From: Candidatus Binatia bacterium
Lineage (GTDB): Bacteria > Desulfobacterota > Binatia > Bin18
Assembly (NCBI GenBank): GCA_963667495.1
Contig: OY763426.1
Coordinates: forward strand, 2,667,460 to 2,731,459
Reading direction: 5' to 3'
Length of the DNA: 64,000 nt
The translations under genes were made by a program, and so were the position numbers. A model generated the notes under the pieces. It worked only from the letters and a program-made list of their open reading frames with translations, had not been told where the DNA came from and did not search any database. Positions 59,075-64,000 of the stretch are shown in pieces (position 1 is the stretch's first letter; every line of letters starts with the position of its first letter).

Positions 59075-60202
59075 TCAAATCAGTTTATAAAACTGGATGG
59101 CGCTTTCGGCCAGAACCTGCCGCCTGATTTTCTCAGGTAGTCTCTCCGCAATCATGGCAGGAGCACCGGGGAAGAACCCATCAGGATGCGGATAATCAGT
59201 GGCCCAGAGTATCTTGTTTGGCCCCAGATATTCAGCAAGATACGGAAGGCTTCTCTCAACTGGCTCAAAAGAAATCCAGCACTGTCGCTGGAAATACTCG
59301 CTCGGTTTCATCCGCAGCCCGGAGTCGTCGAACACGTCACCGTCTTGAAAGTGGCGATCCATGCGGTCCAACCACCCGGCAATCCAGCCTCCACCCGACT
59401 CGAGAAAGGCAATCCGTACTTTCGGGAAGCGCTCGCAGACACCACCCCAGATCACGCTCAAGCAGCCGATCATCATCTCCATGGTGTGCGACACAATATG
59501 TTTCGCGCCATGACTCTTTACGCGATCAACGCCCATCGCTGGCATCGCCCCAGGCCCTTCATGGACACCGGTGCCTTCGTGCAGACCAATAGCAAAGTCG
59601 AGTTCTTGCGCCTCGGCCCAGAACGGTTCGTAGTCCGGATGGTCAAGCGAACGGCCAAGATAGGGATCGGGGCGGACAAAGCCACTCCGCATGCCGAGTT
59701 CCTTGCGGGCATAGCGCATCTCGGCGATTGCTAGCTCTGCCGACTGCAACGGCACCATCGCCGCGCCAAACAGGCGATCCGGATACGGCTTGCAGTAATC
59801 CGCTAGCCAGCGGTTGTAGGCGCGACACAGCGCGGCAGACAATAGCGGGTCACTCGCCGCTCCACAGAACAGACCAATGGTGGGATAGAGAACTGCCGCA
59901 TCAATGCTGTCGATTTCCATGTCCGGGATACGCGCGTGGGGATCAAAGCCCCCCTTCCTTCCCTCGATGTAGCGGATGTCGGTCGGAGCCGCTCCCTGTC
60001 GAGCACCGATGGCACCAGCAAATCCTAACCCCTTGGGACCACCCAGCACCTTGCCTTCTATGCGCAACCGCTCTTGTCCGTCGGTATCGACGAAGAGTTG
60101 CGGTGCGCGGTCACGGTAGGCTGGGTCAATGTAGTCTTGCCAAAAGTCGGGTGGTTCTAACACGTGACCATCCGCGTCAATAATATTGTATGTACGACTC
60201 AT
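59075..60202 (-). CDS. Amidohydrolase_2 family metallo-hydrolase/decarboxylase
   Basis: IIDADGHVLEP, YNRWLADYC, LHEG, FLESGGGW, WATDYPHPD. Confidence 0.88.
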   Translation of the reverse strand: MSRTYNIIDADGHVLEPPDFWQDYIDPAYRDRAPQLFVDTDGQERLRIEGKVLGGPKGLGFAGAIGARQGAAPTDIRYIEGRKGGFDPHARIPDMEIDSIDAAVLYPTIGLFCGAASDPLLSAALCRAYNRWLADYCKPYPDRLFGAAMVPLQSAELAIAEMRYARKELGMRSGFVRPDPYLGRSLDHPDYEPFWAEAQELDFAIGLHEGTGVHEGPGAMPAMGVDRVKSHGAKHIVSHTMEMMIGCLSVIWGGVCERFPKVRIAFLESGGGWIAGWLDRMDRHFQDGDVFDDSGLRMKPSEYFQRQCWISFEPVERSLPYLAEYLGPNKILWATDYPHPDGFFPGAPAMIAERLPEKIRRQVLAESAIQFYKLI

Positions 60203-60233
60203 GGCAGTCCTCCTTTTTGCTGCGATAGCGAAG

Positions 60234-61451
60234 CTACGCGTTAAAGAACTGTTCTGTCACCTTGTGATGGTGACGGATGAGCAGCTCTTCATCTCCCAAG
60301 ATGACGTGTTTCTTTGCTCCTGAAGCCAGCATGGACTGCGTTTTCTCAAACGTCCCTCCATCCTCGACCAGTACTCCGTCGACGAACGTGGCCCAGCTGT
60401 ACTCCTGGCTGAACTTGTGCGCCAGCGTTTTCGCTTTCGGGAAATAGGTCCGGGCTTCCCAGTGGGTACGGTTTTCCGACAAGGGCCACATGGTGTGCAT
60501 GATAATCCCGCCGTCCGCAACAAAGAGACACATATTGGGGAAATAGATCAATCCCGAGAACGACCAGTCCGGGGAACCGGTTGGATTCACCCCAGCAGGC
60601 ATGCCCTGTGAGGAGCTGCCCTGTTTTTGCAGGGCCAGCATGCCATATCGCCTTGCCAAGGCTTCAACTGGGGTGGGTGTCCAGTCGAGATTCGCCGGGA
60701 CCGATATGCGTGCGTGCGGGCCAAACAGCGCCAGTTCATGTACATTCAAATACGGATTGGACGTGCTGGCAAACGCCGCTCCCGTACTTTTGTGATGCAG
60801 ACTGAAGATATGGTAGACCTCTTGGAAGGCATCTTTACACACCTTCCAATTGGCATTCACGTCGATCTCCCAGGTCGAGCAGCCGGTTGCCATCTCCGCA
60901 AACGGATAGCCCTCAAAACTTTCCCCCACTGCTCCGAGATATTCGCGTAGCGTCTCTTTTGGGCGTGGATCGACATTAATAAAAATAAATCCCTCCCAGG
61001 TATCAACGGCAACCGGCGTCAGTCCATAGGCGTCCTTCTTGATGCCATAGAAATTCTTTTCGTCCGGGATATGTCGCAAAGCACCATCCAGCCCATACGT
61101 CCAACTGTGGTAGCGGCAGGTGAACATCTTGCACGCGCCCTTTGCATTCCACACGACCGGATTGCCGCGGTGCGAGCACATATTGTGAAAGGCGTGCACC
61201 CGGCCATCGTGACCACGGACAATGATGATCGAGGTCCGACACACGGCCAAGTCTTTCACAAAATAGTCGCCGGGCTCGGGAATCTGTTCCACGCGGCCTA
61301 CATTGAGCCAGACTTTCCGAAAAATATACTCGCGCTCTTTCTCGAAATACTCGGGTGAGATGTAGGGTTCGATAGGGACCGGTCCAGTTCCCAACTCAGG
61401 ATACCGCGCGTGCCATTTCCCGTCAGTGGCTCCGTTGGTCTGTGTGGTCAT
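60234..61451 (-). CDS. Rieske non-heme iron oxygenase alpha subunit (copy 2)
   Basis: CSHRG...CRYHSW Rieske motif; NWK...EVYHIFSLH iron motif; EDG distal Asp. Confidence 0.92.
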   Translation of the reverse strand: MTTQTNGATDGKWHARYPELGTGPVPIEPYISPEYFEKEREYIFRKVWLNVGRVEQIPEPGDYFVKDLAVCRTSIIIVRGHDGRVHAFHNMCSHRGNPVVWNAKGACKMFTCRYHSWTYGLDGALRHIPDEKNFYGIKKDAYGLTPVAVDTWEGFIFINVDPRPKETLREYLGAVGESFEGYPFAEMATGCSTWEIDVNANWKVCKDAFQEVYHIFSLHHKSTGAAFASTSNPYLNVHELALFGPHARISVPANLDWTPTPVEALARRYGMLALQKQGSSSQGMPAGVNPTGSPDWSFSGLIYFPNMCLFVADGGIIMHTMWPLSENRTHWEARTYFPKAKTLAHKFSQEYSWATFVDGVLVEDGGTFEKTQSMLASGAKKHVILGDEELLIRHHHKVTEQFFNA

Positions 61452-61480
61452 ACCCTTGCCCTCCTTTTCTTCGCCCGTGC

Positions 61481-61819
61481 TCAGCTTCGGGTCGGATAGA
61501 TATCAATGTTCTCAAGTCGTAACGCATCCAGCCCCTCAGGCACAGATTCGCCATACATTTCGACTGCCGGGGCAATCTTGGCTAACGACAGGGTGAGATA
61601 GAACAGGCTTTGCGCATCGGCCGGGACCTGCTCCAACGGATACTGCTCTAAATGGGCCAGGATTTCATCCATACGCGGCACAATAGCGTGATAAAAGGCA
61701 GTGATCTTGGTCATCGGACTCGTCTGGCGTTTGATACTGCGCTCACGGTCCGTGGCCAAAGACCATTCAAGATATGGCTCAAGATCCTGAAACCCCTCCG
61801 GCAGTTGACGCTCAGACAT
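61481..61819 (-). CDS. Small helical Rieske-associated hypothetical protein (copy 2)
   Basis: Paralog of 63068-63439 (LP..F.DL.P.LEW.LAT..ERS.KRQ.SPM..I.AFY.AI..RM; LTLSLA..APAVE.YG); overlaps the Rieske 1 stop. Confidence 0.75.
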   Translation of the reverse strand: MSERQLPEGFQDLEPYLEWSLATDRERSIKRQTSPMTKITAFYHAIVPRMDEILAHLEQYPLEQVPADAQSLFYLTLSLAKIAPAVEMYGESVPEGLDALRLENIDIYPTRS

Positions 61820-63038
61820 TCGGCTGGCTCCCTTCCGATGCGTTCATAAAACTTTCCGTCACTTTATGATGCTGGCGTATGAGGAGCTCTTCGTCTTGCA
61901 GAACGATTTCCTTCTTCGCGCCCGACCTCAGCATTGTTTGGGTGCGCTCCAGCGTACTGGCATCTTCTAACAAGGTGTCACGGAAGGAAACCTTCCCGTA
62001 TTCCTGGCTGAATCGGCCCGAGAGCGTTTCCGCTTGGGGTGAATAGGTCCGAATTTCCCAACGTGTCAGATTTTCCGTTATAGGCCAAAAAATATGGGTC
62101 AGATACGTTCCCTTTGACACATAGATAAGGCAGTTCGGAAACAGCGCCAAGCCATCGAAGGACCAGTGCGGATACCCCGTAGGGTTCACACCTGCGGGTA
62201 GCTTCTCCGAAGCGCTGTTATTCTGTTGCAGCACCGTCGAGCCAAACCCCTGTACTATGGACTCAACACCGGTGAGTTTCCGGTTCGGGTTTGCGGACAG
62301 CGACACCCGGCCATGCGGAGGATAAAGGGTAAAGTCGAGCGCATTCGCATACGGATTGACCTTGCTCGCATACACATCCCCAATGATGCGGCGGTGCAGG
62401 GTGGAGATGTGATACACCTCCTGGAAGGCATCTTTGGCAACCTTCCAGTTGGCCTGCACGTCCGTGTGCCAGGAAAAACAGTTGGTCGAGAGGTCCTCAA
62501 AGGGATAGCCTCTAATGCTTGTGCGCAGTCCTTCCCCCAAGTACTCCGGCAAGGTCTGTTGAGGGTCAGGGTCCATATTGATAAAGATGAAACCCTCCCA
62601 GGTACCAACCGCAACCGGTGTCATGCCGAGCGTTTCTCTCTTGAGCCCGAAGAAATTATGTTCATCCGTGATGTGGCGGAGCGAGCCATCCAGGGCGTAT
62701 GTCCAGCCGTGGAACTTGCATGAAAAAGTCTGACACCTGCCCTTGGTGTCCCACACCAGTTGATTGCCGCGGTGTGAGCACATGTTATGGAACGCGTGGA
62801 CCTCACTATCCTTGCCACGAACAACCAGAATCGAGGTGTTACAGATGGCAAGGTCTTTGACAAAATAATCCCCAGGCTGAGGAATCTGCTCGACCCGGCC
62901 GATATTGAGCCACGTTTTGCGAAAGACCCGGGCGCGTTCTTGCTCGAAATATTCTGGTGAGACATACGGCTCGACCGGGATGGGGCCAGTCCCGAGCTCC
63001 GGATAACGGTCGTGCCATTTGTTTTTCCCCAGCGCCAT
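61812..63038 (-). CDS. Rieske non-heme iron oxygenase alpha subunit (copy 1)
   Basis: CSHRG...CKFHGW; EVYHISTLH; EDAST. Confidence 0.92.
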   Translation of the reverse strand: MALGKNKWHDRYPELGTGPIPVEPYVSPEYFEQERARVFRKTWLNIGRVEQIPQPGDYFVKDLAICNTSILVVRGKDSEVHAFHNMCSHRGNQLVWDTKGRCQTFSCKFHGWTYALDGSLRHITDEHNFFGLKRETLGMTPVAVGTWEGFIFINMDPDPQQTLPEYLGEGLRTSIRGYPFEDLSTNCFSWHTDVQANWKVAKDAFQEVYHISTLHRRIIGDVYASKVNPYANALDFTLYPPHGRVSLSANPNRKLTGVESIVQGFGSTVLQQNNSASEKLPAGVNPTGYPHWSFDGLALFPNCLIYVSKGTYLTHIFWPITENLTRWEIRTYSPQAETLSGRFSQEYGKVSFRDTLLEDASTLERTQTMLRSGAKKEIVLQDEELLIRQHHKVTESFMNASEGSQPNV

Positions 63039-63067
63039 GTGTTTCCCTCCTCTGGCGATGCCCTTCC

Positions 63068-63439
63068 TTATTTTAATTGTTCGTGATTTTCGACAAAGCG
63101 GGTGACATCATACCCATCAACAACACTTGGCTGCCCGTAATTTTCAACCGCCGGGGCGACTTCGGCCAAGGAGAGGGTGAGATGGAATAAGCGCCGCACA
63201 TCATCCGGAGCATTCTCAGCTGTAAACTGGTCCAAAAACGGCAGAATGTCTTTCATCCGCGAGAATATGGCTTGATAAAACGCATTGATTTCTTCCATCG
63301 GGCTGGCCTGACGCTTCGCACTCCGCTCAGGCTCCGTTGCCAAGGCCCATTCAAGGAATGGGGCAAGGTCCCGGAATTGCTGGGGGAGGAGTCGCGCTGC
63401 TGCTAGGCCTGACAGTTTTTCTTCGCTCTTGCTTTCCAT
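63068..63439 (-). CDS. Small helical Rieske-associated hypothetical protein (copy 1)
   Basis: Paralog of 61481-61819; RBS upstream; first gene of the minus-strand operon. Confidence 0.75.
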   Translation of the reverse strand: MESKSEEKLSGLAAARLLPQQFRDLAPFLEWALATEPERSAKRQASPMEEINAFYQAIFSRMKDILPFLDQFTAENAPDDVRRLFHLTLSLAEVAPAVENYGQPSVVDGYDVTRFVENHEQLK

Positions 63440-63720
63440 TATGGCCCCCTCTCCGTTTTCTCACTTGGGGAAACCGCTTCTTCCCGCGGTCAGCTCTCAC
63501 TCCCTGGTAATCGTACTCACCCACGGCGTCAGATTGCGAATCATACTTGGTATAAATCCTTTATTGGCCAGCCCGCACAGACTCGTGTGGGCGGGTGGAC
63601 CGCTGATGAGCATCCACGGGACTGTTGACTGACCCTGGTTCTCTACAATGTTCGTTAGAGACCTGGAACGATATACACAGCTCCATAAAGAGGCCGTATA
63701 GTATGCGCTAGGGGGACAAA

Positions 63721-64000
63721 ATGCCAAGGCATTTTTTACTCGAAAAAGAAGACCGTATTGCAACACTCACCTTTAATCGACCAGAGAAACGCAACCCATT
63801 AAACGAAGACATCCTGCTGGAGCTGGACGCCCTCTTATGCCGGCTCCGGGACGATACCGGGGTTCGGGTGCTTATTTTCACTGGGGCGGGAAACTCCTTC
63901 TGCGCAGGCGCGGATTTGTCGCTTATCAAAGGAGTAGATGATCCACACGAGCGCGAAGCGATTTTTCAGGAATTCGCTCCCCGCCGGACACGTTTGACGG
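63721..64000 (+). CDS. Enoyl-CoA hydratase/isomerase, 5' part (runs off the window)
   Basis: My translation: MPRHFLLEKEDRIATLTFNRPEKRNPL...FTGAGNSFCAGADL. Confidence 0.85.
   Translation, partial: MPRHFLLEKEDRIATLTFNRPEKRNPLNEDILLELDALLCRLRDDTGVRVLIFTGAGNSFCAGADLSLIKGVDDPHEREAIFQEFAPRRTRLT

Overview
High-GC bacterial chromosome segment. The gene content (many LLM/PPOX oxidoreductases, Rieske oxygenases, acyl-CoA enzymes, selB, a lolE-lolD-bamA-skp-fabZ-lpxA-lpxI cluster) resembles Binatia / deltaproteobacteria-like lineages; this taxonomy is inference only. Most of the window is housekeeping (eno, ftsB, pyrF, proS, pepF, gdhA, selB, envelope genes, tRNA-Ala-GGC) and catabolic enzymes. The most striking part is an accessory block at about 26.5-35.7 kb. 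It holds (i) a three-gene operon: a CrfC/RdcA-like dynamin GTPase, a helical RdcB/YjcZ-like partner interrupted by one in-frame TAG, and a patatin phospholipase. This is a candidate undescribed membrane-acting anti-phage system. It also holds (ii) a Phd/YefM antitoxin whose VapC toxin is cut off after about 17 codons at the edge of that operon, and (iii) a Gabija-like OLD nuclease + UvrD pair. Other items worth a look are a tandem duplication of a [Cys-free small helical protein + Rieske oxygenase alpha] module, a signal-peptide-bearing PPOX/F420-type protein, a 68-aa CGPC-containing small protein, a dispersed two-hairpin repeat, a split EamA transporter and an atypical BamA. All calls come from motif recognition by eye; no database search was run.
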